DNA of 64,000 nt, filler included, from Basidiobolus ranarum (GCA_040143965.1; 41 parts of 41 records of this genome joined end to end with filler, not necessarily neighbours in it), one strand, 5' to 3'; positions 37,610 to 51,041 are shown, numbered from the whole stretch's first letter. Notes: generated from the sequence alone by a model not told the origin. Made by a program: numbers and translations.

Positions 37610-39072
37610 AAGTTTTGTTTTGGTAGTTCTATCTATCTTAATTTGGATTCCAAGATAGTACATCAGTTCACCAAGATCAGTCATTTTGAATTTGGCAGAT
37701 AAGCTGGATTTGGTGTTCTCCAAAGTCTTCAAGTCATTGGTTGCTATAATAAGATCATCTACATATAAGGCTAATAAAACTGGGTTTGTCTTATCTGGCC
37801 TGAAGTAGATACTATAGTCAGCATTACTCTTTTAGAATTTCATTGTTTCCAAAAAAGTGTCTATCCTGCTATTCCAAGCTTTTGGAGATTGTTTTAAACC
37901 ATAGAGTGTTTTCCTCAGTCTGCACACTTTTTTAGGGTTTTCTGGGTCCACAAATCCATCTGGCTGGTCCATATAGATCTCCTCAGCAAGCCCACCATCC
38001 CAAAAGTTGCTTTAACATCCATTTGATGTATAATAAACAGATATTTAGCTGAAATTGCTAAAATCAATCTAATTGAATTAAACTTTGCTACAGGAGCAAA
38101 AGTTTCTGTGCAATCTATTCTGATGATTAGGAATAGCCTTTGGCTACTAGTCTAGCCTTGTACCTTTCTATATTGCCATCGGAGTTGTATTTAACTTTAA
38201 ACACCCATTGGTAGCCAATTGATTTTCTTTCATCAGGCAAGTTGGTTAGAATCCAAGTTTGATTTCAATCAAAGCCTGGTACTTATCAGCCATTACTGAT
38301 ATCCAAAATTTCATGTGAGGGCCATTCAGAGCCTCTTTTACAGCTTGGGGTTCATGTATTTGAGCTGTGCAGGCATAGGCCCAATTTTGAGACTCATTGC
38401 CATAGTAATCAGAGCTTTTTCTGATCCAATTTGATCTCCTGGTTTAGGATAAAGGTACAACATCTTCTGGCATTGTATTGAGTACTCCAGTAGGCAAATT
38501 CTGGTTGAAGGGTCCACAGGAATGCTCTTTTCTTCATTGTTTTGGTTTGAATCAATTTAAATGATTGGATCAGGAGAAAATTGATTTTTGTCATCATCTG
38601 AGGTCATTTTGGATGAAAATATTTTGTTTTCATTAAACAAAACAACCCTGCACTTGATTAACTTGGAAATTTTGGCATCATAGAGTCTGTAGGCCTTAGT
38701 TTGAGTACAATAAACCAGAAATATACATTTCTTACTTTTTGGATCAAATTTAGACCAATATTTGGCCATGAGTTTGACATAATCAATGCATCCAAAGATC
38801 CTCAAATGTTTTACATCAGGTTTAACTCCAAACCAAGCTTGATATGGTGTAGAGTTAGACAGACTACTAGTAAAACTCCTATTCTTCAGATATACAGCTG
38901 TAGCAACAGATTCTGCCCAAAAGTTATGAGATAAATTTTGTGCATTTATCATAGATCTTGCCATTTCTATTATAGTCCTGTTAGCTCTTTCAGCAACTCC
39001 ATTTTGTTGAGGTGAATAGGGAGCAGTAGTTTCTTGCTTAATTCCATGAACTTTGCAAAAGTGCTTAAATAG
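37610..39072 (-). mobile_element. Decayed copia integrase-RT
   Basis: PYSPQQNGVAERANRT, FWAESVATAVYLKNR, YGLKQSPKAW and LYVDDL motifs. Same family as 47058-48341. Confidence 0.95.
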
Positions 39073-39172
39073 NNNNNNNNNNNNNNNNNNNNNNNNNNNN
39101 NNNNNNNNNNNNNNNNTTAATTAATTAANNNNNNNNNNNNNNNNNNNNNNNNNNNNNNNNNNNNNNNNNNNN

Positions 39173-40635
39173 TTCCTACAGCAGTAAACCCAGTAATTGG
39201 CCATTTGAAAATTATATTTTTGCAAAAATTGCTGGATATTGAATAACGCATGCCAAATTTGAGGATCAATATTTTAACATGTAGGAATACCGCCAAGATA
39301 CCGTCAAGAAACCGCCGTCACACCATCAAAATCCCTGGCAGAATGCAAGCCAACAATATTTTGACGGTTCTCTGACGGTTTTGCTATTTCGGAGGGTGGA
39401 TCCGATCCGGATTAAATCGATTTTATTTTTGTTTGGGTATATCAAAGAGACAAGGGATTTTGAAGGTGATAAATCAGCATTCAAGTGATAAATGTGTAAA
39501 ATTTGAGTTATATTTTTTGCGCATGGATTGATCCATAGTTTGCTGACATTGTAGCCAATCATGGGCAACTATTTTGCAAGATCTTGTAATTTCACTCCTG
39601 AAACTGAAAAATCAAAGAAATCAAATCTAACTTGATTATTTTAGGACAGTGATTAAATGGTCAATCCCAAATGGATTCAAATTGTGACAGTTTTCCATTC
39701 ATAACAATCCTCAAATTTCTGTTAGGGCATACATGGTTTCTGTTACTTTTACCACAGTTGATTGGCAACTATTACTTGTCACAGACCTGGTACAAGTGTA
39801 AAACATTTGTCAGTTGTATGACTTATAATCCTCAGTAATTAAATTACCTTCATGTCCAAATGGTTGTTTGCTTGCACCAGTGATCCAAAAAACCCAAAGT
39901 CATGTACTATTGCACACAATTGGCAATCACTGAATCAGGTAAATATTGATCATATTTGGCTTATATACCATTGATTCCCTGTCTCAAAGTTTTGATGAAA
40001 TCACCCAAATATAGATCATTGATCCAATACCAAAGTACTCACCGTAAAGCTGATTATATTACCAATATACTTAATTGATATCACTACCAGAATCTGAAAA
40101 GTCAAGGTTTCTTTGAGAACATGTATGAGCATTCATTTGCATTGACTCTGGATGGTTTCTTGCTAAACAAATATATCATTGGAAAGGCTTGCTGGCCAAT
40201 AGTTTTAGTTAACTTAAATCTACCTCCTTCTGAAGGGTATAAGAGTCCTAAAATTTTGATGCTATCCACCATATCTGGACCTTAATCACCAGTGCTTGTG
40301 GATAGCTTCTTGGAGCCTTTGATTGCCAAATTTGAATGGTTATTTAATAGGGTTCAAAGGTGTTAATATTTTTTTAACGCTATTATCATTGTATGTATTG
40401 AGGACACTCCTGCCATCTGTAAACTTGGGGGTTTTTGTGGGCTCAATGCACTATCTTGGTGTAGATTTTGTCAAATCAATGGAGTTTACTCTATCAGGCT
40501 GATGTATTACAACTATCCAATTGCAACCCTAAACTGCATGATTTTACCATCAAGAGCCTGGTCAGATTTCAACATGATCACTAATATCAATTAACCAAAT
40601 AGTGAGTCTAACATCAAACTTGGTATTAGCTATAA
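39173..40635 (+). mobile_element. Triple nest of the CACTA-like element: end A (to 39437), end B (to 39727), Tnp2 fragment (39728-40635)
   Basis: Two successive termini (GTTTGGG, GTTAGGG), then LDGF/CWP/DSFLEPL motifs. Confidence 0.85.
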
Positions 40636-40735
40636 NNNNNNNNNNNNNNNNNNNNNNNNNNNNNNNNNNNNNNNNNNNNTTAATTAATTAANNNNNNNNN
40701 NNNNNNNNNNNNNNNNNNNNNNNNNNNNNNNNNNN

Positions 40736-42198
40736 TAATTCCACCAGATTTGGAGCTATGTGAAGGTTGCCTATATTGTAGGCAACATAGACAGCCATTT
40801 GTGAGCTCTGGAATGAGCAAAATGGATCAAAAATTGGGCCTGATACACCTAGATCTGTGTAGCCCAATGCAGACAAAATCCTTAGGCAGAAAAAGGTATT
40901 TCATTGCCTTTATTGATGATAAGACAAAGTATACTTGGGTGTACTTTCTGGCTAGTAAGAATGAAGCCTTTGATACCTTCAAGAAGCTTGAAGTAACGGT
41001 GGAGACTGAAACAGGTCTAAAGATTTAGATTGTCTGTACTGATAATGTAGGGGAATATACCTTAAAACTCTTCGCTAACTTCTGCTCAACACATGGGATA
41101 AAGCAGCAGACTACAATGCTATATTTTCCACAATAGAATGGAGTAGCAGAATGTGCAAACAGATCAATAATGGAAAAGTCAAGATCAATGCTTCATGACC
41201 AATATTTACCAAAACAGTTCTGGGCTGAATTGGTTGCAACTGCAGTATATATTAGGAATAGAACTCCATCTAGGTCTCTATTGGGTATGACACCTTATCA
41301 AGCTTGGTTTGGAAGTAAACCTGAAGTCACTAATCTCAGAGTGTTTGGAAGTACCGCATAGGCAATGATTCCAAACCAGAAGAGATCCAAATTAGATTAA
41401 AAAACAGAAATGTCTTTTTTTGGGATATTGTAATGGAACAAAAGGGTACACACTATAAGACAATGAAATAAGAGGTTAATCAAGTCAAGGGATGTGGAAT
41501 ATGCTGAAGAAGAAAAATTTCAATCAAAACAAACCAGGATCAAGAAAAACAATCAAAAATTGATGCAAATTCTTCTTTTTCTCAACAGATCCTGATCAGT
41601 GAGAAAAACATTGAAAATTCCTACCTGTAGTCTCATCAACCAAGCCTGAGGTAATTTCATTGCCTACATTAGTACCATAAGTTTTAATGCCAATTTCCCA
41701 TCTTAGGAGATCCAATTGGATGATATCTCTGCCTGATTACTACTCTCACACTTACCAAAAAGAGCCTAGTGCTAATTTAGCCTTTTCTGATGAACCCAAA
41801 TCAGTACAGGAGGCTATGGAGAGCCCCAACACCAAGTTTTGGAGTGCTGCAATGGTGGAGGAGTATCAATCACTCATAGATAACCAACCTTGGACTTTGG
41901 TTAAGTAACCTGATGATCAAAACTCAATTGGATGCAAATGGGTGTTTAAAGTTAAACAGCAAGCTGATGGATCTGTAGAAAGATATAAAGCCAAACTTGT
42001 AGCCAAAGGATACTCTCAAATGGAAGGAGTGGACTACAATGAAACTTTTGCTCCTGTAGCAAAGTTTAATCCCATTGGAGCTGTACCAGCAGTAGCAGCA
42101 AAACACAGCTTAAAAATCCATCAAATGGATGTTAAAACTGCTTTTTTGCATGGGGACTTGGAAGAGGATATATTCATGGATCAACCAGATGGTTTTGT
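40736..42198 (+). mobile_element. Decayed copia integrase-RT (second family)
   Basis: IHLDLCSPM, FIDDKTKYTW, YKAKLVAKGYSQ and HQMDVKTAFL motifs. Overlaps 43861-45322 (-). Confidence 0.95.
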
Positions 42199-42298
42199 NN
42201 NNNNNNNNNNNNNNNNNNNNNNNNNNNNNNNNNNNNNNNNNNTTAATTAATTAANNNNNNNNNNNNNNNNNNNNNNNNNNNNNNNNNNNNNNNNNNNN

Positions 42299-43760
42299 AA
42301 GCAGATCCACCAATTTCCATAGTTCCCCAAACCACTTCCAACACAATTTGTCTATATATATGGAAGGCAAACCAGGCAACTACTTAAGTGTTCCAGTTTA
42401 GTCAAATCTGTCAAATAACTGGATCTAATTCATTCAGATATGTGTAGATGTATGCAAAATATATCTTTTGGCAGAAAAAGATATTCAATCACATTTATTG
42501 AGGATTATACAAGATACACTTGGGTCTACTTTATGGAAAGAAAACAGGAAGCTCTCTCTATCTTTAGAGATTTTAAACCTTTGTAGAGCTTGAAACCAGA
42601 ACAAAATCAAGAAGTTAAATAATAATAATAGTGGAAAATATACTTCAACACTATTTGATCACTTTTACAAAGTTCATGGAATTAACCAAGGGATTACTGC
42701 CCCTTATTCACCACAACACATTGGACTTGCTCAAGGAGCTAACAGGACCATAATAGAAATGGTAAGATCTATGACAAATGCACAAAATTTATTGCATACT
42801 TTTTGGGCAGATTCAATTGCTAAAACTGTATATCTGTGTAATGGGAGTTATGTTAGAAGTCTGGCTAGCTCTATACCATATCTAGCTTGGTTTGGAGTTA
42901 GACCTGATGTAAAATACTTGAGGATCTTTGGATGCATTGCTTATGGCAAAACTATGACCAAAAATTGATCTAAATTTGACACAAAAAGTTATTGAAATTA
43001 GCATTGCATAAACTGTTAAAGTATTTGGGAGCCTGTTGAAAGTGGTTTGGAGAATTAGAGCAATTAGTGATTTTTATTTGTTGATTTATTGAGTAGAAAG
43101 TTGACATTTATAGTTTTGGTTGGATAATTAATCTTTATTCAACATCTTAGTTAAACTTTAGTTATGATATTATATATATATATTGGCAACAGAAAGCAAC
43201 ATATCTGTAGCCCCTATATTCTAAATAGGAATATCTCTATATATATATAACAAGTATGTCTTATTATCCCTACTAATCTATGACTTCTTGTTACACAAAC
43301 TCATGTATATATTGGACTTATTCCATTGTGCCAGGATTTATTGGACCTTGGATCAATATATTAGAGTAAATGTGATTGAAATTGAGCATGCCAGAGGGTG
43401 CTGGATAATGCCAAATTGTGCCCCACAAATTTTAGAATACTTTATCCAACATGATATATACAGCAGAGAACAAGTCCATCAAGCAATGGATTTACTTTTC
43501 TACTATAAAGGCCACCATATACTCTTAAGAATAAAGTAACTAAAACACACTATCATAAGTTGCTTCTAAAGCACAAAGTCTACCCCCTTTATGTCAAGAT
43601 CCTCCAATATGGTAGCAGCAAGTGACTTAGAGTCTTCTTCCTAAAAGGAGATGACTAATATTCCAACATTCAATGGGGAAGATTTCCATGAATGGAAATT
43701 CTAGATGCAACTTGTGTGTGAAGGGAAACATGTCTGGGAATTAGTTCAACCAGATAAAGA
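42299..43760 (+). mobile_element. Copia integrase remnant, collapsed LTR C, LTR D (43118-43609) holding a MITE (43314-43477), PBS TGGTAGCAGC and gag start
   Basis: Direct homology to the LTR C, LTR D and MITE copies elsewhere, and to 34689-34850. Confidence 0.85.
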
Positions 43761-43860
43761 NNNNNNNNNNNNNNNNNNNNNNNNNNNNNNNNNNNNNNNN
43801 NNNNTTAATTAATTAANNNNNNNNNNNNNNNNNNNNNNNNNNNNNNNNNNNNNNNNNNNN

Positions 43861-45322
43861 TTTGATTATCCTTGAAAATTTTGGTGGGAGAACTTTGAAA
43901 ATGGCCCAAGTCTCTGAACAGTTTCTTTAGCTGCATAGCCTCCTTTGTTGTATGTGATGCTGCCATGGATTCTACTTCTGTTGTTGAAAGTGCTATGGTG
44001 GGTTATTTCTTGCTATTCCAAGATATGGCTGCTTCACTATAGAGAAAGGTATATCCAGTCATAGATCTTCTGTCCTCAATATCACATCCCCAATCAGCAT
44101 CACTAAGCCCAATTAGTTACTTATTCTCATAAGAATATGTGTATCTTAATCCCAGATCATTGTCCTCTTCAAATATCTGAAAATCCGCTTAACTGCTGCA
44201 TAATGCTCAGATCCTGGGTTTTGCACAGGTTGGCTGACTACTCCCACTGCAAAAGATATATCTGGCCAGGTTCCAGTCATAGCATAGATCAAACTACCTA
44301 CCATAGACTGATAAGGGAACTCAGGGCTTTCAAATGACATATTTTGAGCCATATTTGGTCAATTTTCATCATTTTTGATGGGATTTTTGACTAGTTTCAC
44401 ACCTGAATCCATAGGAGTTGCTACTGGCTTGTAATTCTCTATCCTGTAATGTCTGAGAATGCCTGAGATGTATTTAGATTGATTCAGATTAATATGTTTG
44501 CTCATTATATATCTGTATAGATCTGCAGACATAAAAAATACATAAGTTCATCTAAATTGGTCATCTTGAGTTGGACTGACTGATCTCTTTTGGTGTTCCT
44601 GAAGGCTTCATCATCACTGGTAGCTATAATCAGATCATCTACATATAAGGCAAGTATCACCTTACTGTCCTTATCTGTCTTAGAGTAGATCCCAAAATCC
44701 GCCAAACTCTTTTGGAAATCAAGTGATTGCAAATATGTATCTATCTTAGTGTACCGGGCCATGGGTGATTGTTTAAGTCCATAAGTAATTTTTGAACCTT
44801 ACACACATCCTCAGGGTGCTCAGTATTGACAAAATCATCTGGTTGATCCATGAGTATATCCTCTTCCAAGTCCCCATTCAAAAAAGCAGTTTTAACATTG
44901 AATTGATGGATTTTTAAGCTGTGTTTTGCTGCTATGGCTAGTATGGTTCTGATGGAATGAAACTTTGCTACAGGAGCAAATGTTTCATTGTAGTCCACTC
45001 CTTCCATTTGATAGTATCCTTTAGCCAGAAGTCTGGCTTTATATCTTTATACAGATCCATCTGCCTGCTGTTTTATTTTAAATGCTTGTTTGCATCCAAT
45101 TGATTTTTGGTCATCAGGTAACTTAACCAAAGTCCACATTTAGTTATCTATGAGTGACTGATACTCCTCTGACATTGCAGTACTCCAAAACTTTGTGTTG
45201 GGACTCTCCATAGCCTCCTGTACTGATTTGGGTTCATCAGAATAAGCTCAATTAGAAATAGGCTTCTTTTGGGTAGTGTGAGTAGTAATCAGTAGGACAT
45301 CTCATCAAAATGGATATCCTAA
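43861..45322 (-). mobile_element. Decayed copia RT-RNaseH
   Basis: ETFAPVAK, LYVDDL and FPYQSMVGSLIYAM motifs. Confidence 0.95.
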
Positions 45323-45422
45323 NNNNNNNNNNNNNNNNNNNNNNNNNNNNNNNNNNNNNNNNNNNNTTAATTAATTAANNNNNNNNNNNNNNNNNNNNNN
45401 NNNNNNNNNNNNNNNNNNNNNN

Positions 45423-46884
45423 GGAGAATTAGAGGAATTGGTGGTTTTCACTTATTGATTTATTGAGTAGAAAGTTGACATTTATAGTTTTGTAAAGATG
45501 TAGACAAGCTAACATGTAGAATGTGTTAAGGAAGGTCCCAGGAACATGTGTGCAAAGTTTGCAGCTTCTAGCACAAGTTTGAAAAATCTATAAATCTGAG
45601 AACTTCTAAGTTGGTAAGAAAATTCTAAGTAAATTCTGATTGAGAATAATGGAAAATATCTTAGTGAATTATAAGCTAATTAAGTACTAGGCTATATATG
45701 ACTATATAGGTGTTTAGGCAAAGCTAATTTCAATAAGATCATGCCACCCAATCCAGCCTGCTAACACACTATCTGGCACAATCTGTCAGTTACCATGGCT
45801 AGGTCCTATAACACACAATCAGAGACTATAAGGAACAATATGGCACCATTGCACTGTTAAAGTACTTGGGAACCTGTTGGAAGTGGTTTGGAGAATTAGA
45901 AGAATTGGTGGTTTTCACTTATTGATTTATTGAGTAGAAAGTTGACGTTTATAGTTTTGTCATGATGTAAACAGACTAACATGTAGAATGTGTTAAGGAA
46001 GGTCCCAGGAACATGTGCGCAAAGCTTGGGGCTTCTAGCACTAGTTTGAAAAATCTATATATCTGAGAACTTTTAAGTTGGTAAAAATAATTGAAGTAAA
46101 TTCCAATTGAGAATAATGGATAATATCATAGTTCAATATAAGATAACTAAGTACTAAGCTATATATGACTATATAGGTGTTTAGGCAATGCTACTATCAA
46201 CACTCTCTCTCAACTAAATAGTCATGTAAACTAATTGTAATTAAGGTCTAAATTTCTCAAATTTCTGTCTAGCTAATGGTTTGGTTAATATATCAGCAAT
46301 CATGTCTTCTGCAGAAAAATAAGTTAAGTCAATAAATTTATTCTCTACAGTCTCTCTGATGAAGTGATGCTTAATATCTATATGTTTACCTCTATTATGA
46401 AACATGGGATTTTTTGCTAAAATTATACAACTTTGATTATCTTGAAATATTGTAGTTGGTGAATTTTGAGAATAACCTATATCTTTTAAGTGTTATCTTA
46501 ACCATATTGCTTCTTTTGTTGCTTCACAGGCAGCCATGAATTCTGCTTCTGTTGTTGAAAGTGCTACAGTAGGTTGTTTCTTTGAATTCCAATCAATAGC
46601 TCTATTACAGCAAAGAAATAAGTACCCTGTTGTAGATTTCCTGTCTTGAAAATCTGTTGCCCAATTTGCATCTGAATATCCTATCAGAACAAAGTTTGAT
46701 CCAGAATATGTGTATTTTAAGCACAGAACCACTGTATCTTTCAAACATCTGAAAATCCACTTATCTGCTATGATTTGATCAGATCCATAATTTTAAAGAT
46801 ATTGGCACATAACTCCCACAGAATATGCAATATCTGGCCATGTTCCAACCATGATATACATCAAACTACCAACCATAGACTGAT
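45423..46884 (-). mobile_element. Copia RNaseH, PPT and complete 3' LTR C (45855-46202), plus a second LTR C (45423-45735)
   Basis: GYSDANWA and SKKQPTVALSTTEAEF motifs, PPT AGTTGAGAGAGAG, TG...CA termini. Confidence 0.9.
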
Positions 46885-47057
46885 NNNNNNNNNNNNNNNN
46901 NNNNNNNNNNNNNNNNNNNNNNNNNNNNTTAATTAATTAANNNNNNNNNNNNNNNNNNNNNNNNNNNNNNNNNNNNNNNNNNNNTAATTTAGCTTAGGGA
47001 GAAAAGGATCAGAAATGATACAAACTTTCATATAGTCCAAGAGGTTTTTATGTAAAT

Positions 47058-48341
47058 ATGAGTTATTCCAATCAAGAAACTATTCAATTATGGCATAAGA
47101 GATTTGGCCATATTGGATTTGATTATTTGAGCAACATGATCAAAAATCACCTAATTTCTGGAATTCAAATTAACCCCCCAACCAAAATGGAAATTTTTGA
47201 GGGTTGTATATATGGAAAACTAGCCAGGCAACTGTTCAAGAGCTCTGGTTTCCTCAAATTTGTCAAAAAATGGGATCTAATTCATTCAGATTTGTGTGGA
47301 CCTATGCAAAACTTATCTTTAGGTGGAAAAAGATATTTAAGCACATTTATTGATGATTATGCCAGATATACTCAGGTCTACTTTATGGAAAGAAAGGAAG
47401 AAGCTCTCTCTATCTTTAGAGATTTTAAAACACTTGTGGAGACTGAAACTGGAACTAAAATCAAGAAAATACATACTGATAATGGTGGAGAACATATTGC
47501 ATCACTATTTAATCACTTTTGCAAAGTGCATGGAATTAAGCAAGAAATTACTGCCCCCTATTCACCTCAACAAAATGGAGTTACTGAAGAAGCTAACAGG
47601 ACTATATTAGAAATGGCAAGATCTATGATAAATGCACAAAGTTTATCTCATAACTTTTGGGTGGAATCAGTTGCTACAGCTGTATATCTGAGGAATAGGA
47701 GTTTTACTAGAAGTCTGTCTAACTCTATGCCATATCAAGCTTGGTGTGGAGTTAAACCTGATGTAAAACATTTGAGGATCTTAGGATTCATTGCTTATGT
47801 CAAAATTATGACCAAAAATTGGTCTAAATTTGATCCAAAAAGTAAGAAATGCATTTTTCTGGTTAATTGTACTCAAACTAAGGCCTACAGACTCTATGAT
47901 ACCAAAATTTCCAAGTTAATCAAGTCCAGGATTGTTTTGTTTAATGAAAATGAAAAATTTTCACCCAAAATGACCTTGGATGATGACAAAAATCAATTTT
48001 CTCCTGATCCAATCATTCAAATTGATTCAAACCAAAACAATGAAGAAAATGGCATTTCTGTGGAGACTTCAACCACAATTTTGCCTACTGAAATGCCCAA
48101 TACTATGCCAGATGTTGTAGTACCTTTATTTCAAACCAAGAGATCAATTTGTATCAGAAATAGTCCTGATTACTATATCAATGAGTCTCAAAATTGGGCC
48201 TATGCTTGCACTGCTCAAATACATGAATCTCAGACTGTAAAAGAGGCCCTGAATGGCTCTCACACAAAACTTTGGAGATCTGCAATGGCTGATGAATACC
48301 AGGCTTTGATTGATAATCAAACTTTGACTTTAACCTGTTGA
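47058..48341 (+). mobile_element. Copia GAG-pre-integrase and integrase core, 427 codons open
   Basis: LWHKRFGH, IHSDLCGP, TDNGGE and PYSPQQNG motifs. Confidence 0.95.
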
Positions 48342-48592
48342 AAGTCTGGTGACTTGTGGTACAAGCAGTAATTCCCAAAGAGGAAAATTTGGAGTATGGT
48401 GACTGCATCTGAACACAAAGTCTAAGGCCAATCAGTTGCTTGTATANNNNNNNNNNNNNNNNNNNNNNNNNNNNNNNNNNNNNNNNNNNNTTAATTAATT
48501 AANNNNNNNNNNNNNNNNNNNNNNNNNNNNNNNNNNNNNNNNNNNNGTGTAAAACTTTCATTTTTACTCAAACCATTTTGACTTTGATTTAG

Positions 48593-49650
48593 AAAGGAAC
48601 GAATTCGCTTATCATGCTGTCCCTTCGTTGAGAGCTGCAGTTATCCCTGGCTGGGAGAACAAAATCCCAGTTCCCCTCGACAATATCTTCCCCAGCCGTT
48701 CACATCATATTACATTTACTGGAGTCTCTGTTAGTGGAATCACCCAGGATACTGTTCAGTTAGAAAAATCTATCATCATCGACGGTGTCGAAACAAACAC
48801 CATCAGTTTTGCCTTTCTTGTATTAGCCACCGGGTCGAAGAGCACTTTCCCTGTTCGTCCAACTGTTTTTACCATAGAAGGCGTGAAGAAAGCTTTCACC
48901 GATTTCCAACAAGATCTCTCAAAGGCTAAGAAGGTCCTTGTGGTAGGTGGAGGCCCAGTTGGCTTCGAATTTGCAGGTGAAGTGACGGAATTCTATAACG
49001 GTACTAATGGTAGAGATAAGAAGCAAGTCACATTAGTTTCTAGTGGTAAGCATTTGCTTGATCCTACTTTCAAGCAGGGTACTCACAACAAAGCACTTGC
49101 ACTGCTAAAAAATTCCGGTGTCAATACTATCTTGGGGCAGACTATTACCTTACCTGAAGGGATCAATAATGGATCTTTGGGAGAAACCAAAACATTTAAT
49201 CTTTCTTCTGGGGAGACTGTCGAGGCAGATTTCATTCTCCTTGGTATCGGTTCTAGGCCCAATAACGACATTGTTGTTGCTGGTCTTGGCCAAAGCGCTG
49301 TAGACCTTAAAAGTGGCCGTGTCTTGGTCAACTCAACTCTTCAACTCAAAGAATACCCCAATATTTTCGCCATTGGTGATATCAACAGCATCGCAGAGAA
49401 CAAGATGGCAGCCTGGACTGGTGCCCATGCGGCAATTGTTGGTAAGAATATTAAGGCGCTGATAAGTAATACCCCCTTGAAGGATTACAAAGCCGTATCA
49501 CCCGGCATGCTAGCTTCATATGGCGCTAAAGCTGGTGCTGGTCAATTTTTTGGTATTTCGCCGCCTTCTTTCTTGGCTGCCATCATCAAATCCAAGAGTT
49601 TGTTTGCTTCCATGCTCTGGTCTAGTGCCAATGCTACTCTCTCTTCTTAA
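48593..49650 (+). CDS. AIF/AMID (AIFM2/FSP1-like) FAD-dependent pyridine nucleotide oxidoreductase, last exon
   Basis: AG acceptor at 48591-48592, and LVLATGS, VVGGGPVGFEFAGE and NIFAIGD motifs. Confidence 0.9.
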
Positions 49651-49868
49651 GTTGGCTTGATTCTATAATATCTCATTTAATATTTTATTTACTCAGTATA
49701 TATGGTGATTTGGAGCCGGAGCCATCATTTAACTAGTTAATTTAGTCTAGCCCGAAAGCACCAACCTAATGCACCATTTTTCAGATATAACCAGTTGGAC
49801 ATTTATTACCCTTACTAATGAGCAAATTATGGCGTTTCCCATAAACTCTAAATTATCCAAAATTCTAC

Positions 49869-49878
49869 TATATTTATA
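49869..49878 (+). promoter_or_regulatory. Putative TATA box of the U6-like gene
   Basis: TATATTTATA starting 27 nt upstream of the 5' stem-loop. Confidence 0.5.
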
Positions 49879-49895
49879 CCTATTATTCACCCTCA

Positions 49896-50007
49896 GGGTG
49901 TCAAGGCCCCCGGGACCTCTGACACTCGAAAAAATTGGACCGCCACAGCGAAGCTTAGCCTGGCCCCTGCACAAGGGTGACACGTAAATCTGGAGTGGAC
50001 CCCTCCT
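49896..50007 (+). ncRNA. U6: Divergent U6 snRNA (variant gene or pseudogene), cut by the contig end before a T-run
   Basis: AAAATTGGACCGCCACAGCGAAGCTTAGCCTGGCCCCTGCACAAGGGTGACACG aligns without gaps to the canonical U6 core. 5' hairpin GGGTGTCA/TGACACTC. Confidence 0.85.
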
Positions 50008-51041
50008 NNNNNNNNNNNNNNNNNNNNNNNNNNNNNNNNNNNNNNNNNNNNTTAATTAATTAANNNNNNNNNNNNNNNNNNNNNNNNNNNNNNNNNNNNN
50101 NNNNNNNAGGGAGGGTAAAGATGAAAAGAGGGGGTCTGGGGGAAGCAGGCCTCCCAGTATAAAAAGAAAGCAGGGGGTTTGGGGGATGCAATCCCCCATG
50201 TACACCCCTCTCTCAAAATATTCACAAGTTACCAGTATATGGGAAGAATTGGGCTTGCTCAAATTTTCCAAAGGCCAGATGACTGACCTTTGCCTGAAAT
50301 CTTGAAGAGAAACTATTCCCAAAACTTCTACCAAGTCTTCACACAATTTTATAGATTGTCAAAATTTTGTGAGATTTCTCAATTTAATATGTACCAATAA
50401 TTGATTTTCTTGGAATGTTCATGTGTTTCACTTCCAACAGTTTCTTAAGTAGGCCTATACACTTGGAATTAAAATTCTAATTTCCAAGTCTTTATTTATT
50501 GATAGTTGATGAACACCTATGTGATAGCTTAAAATTCTTGTGATTAAAAATATTCAAATACTTGGTTTCCTTCTTTTCTAGAAAATTGTGTTTGATGCAA
50601 AATATTGAAAAAGATTGAAATATATAAAAAAAAGGTAAATAAGAAATTGATAAGTTCAAAAGCAAGAAAGATTGCAAAGACCTCTATAAGTAGGAAAAAA
50701 GCAAAGAATTAGACAAATATGTAAAAACATAACAACTTCATATTGAGGCATAATCTGTTTATAAATAAAAAGCTTGCTGTTTTTGTTTGATAATTTGACT
50801 TTTATAATATTTATATATTAGTTGTGTTTTTCTGTATTTGCTTGTATATATGCAAGCAACAAAATAGTCAGTAAAATGAAACTTTGGGTTATATATGCCA
50901 CATACTACAAAGGGTGCTACCAAATATTTTTTAATATTTCTATTACATATTGTTGGTAAAGAAATACACACTGTGTTTGCTGTTGTCAATGAATTAAAAA
51001 GAAAATTTAGTATTTTGTAAAGCAAGCTATGCATAACATTT

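Noticed and set aside
49747-49987. ORFs on both strands over the U6-like region
   Set aside because: Short, with no motifs; the region is better explained as an snRNA and its promoter.
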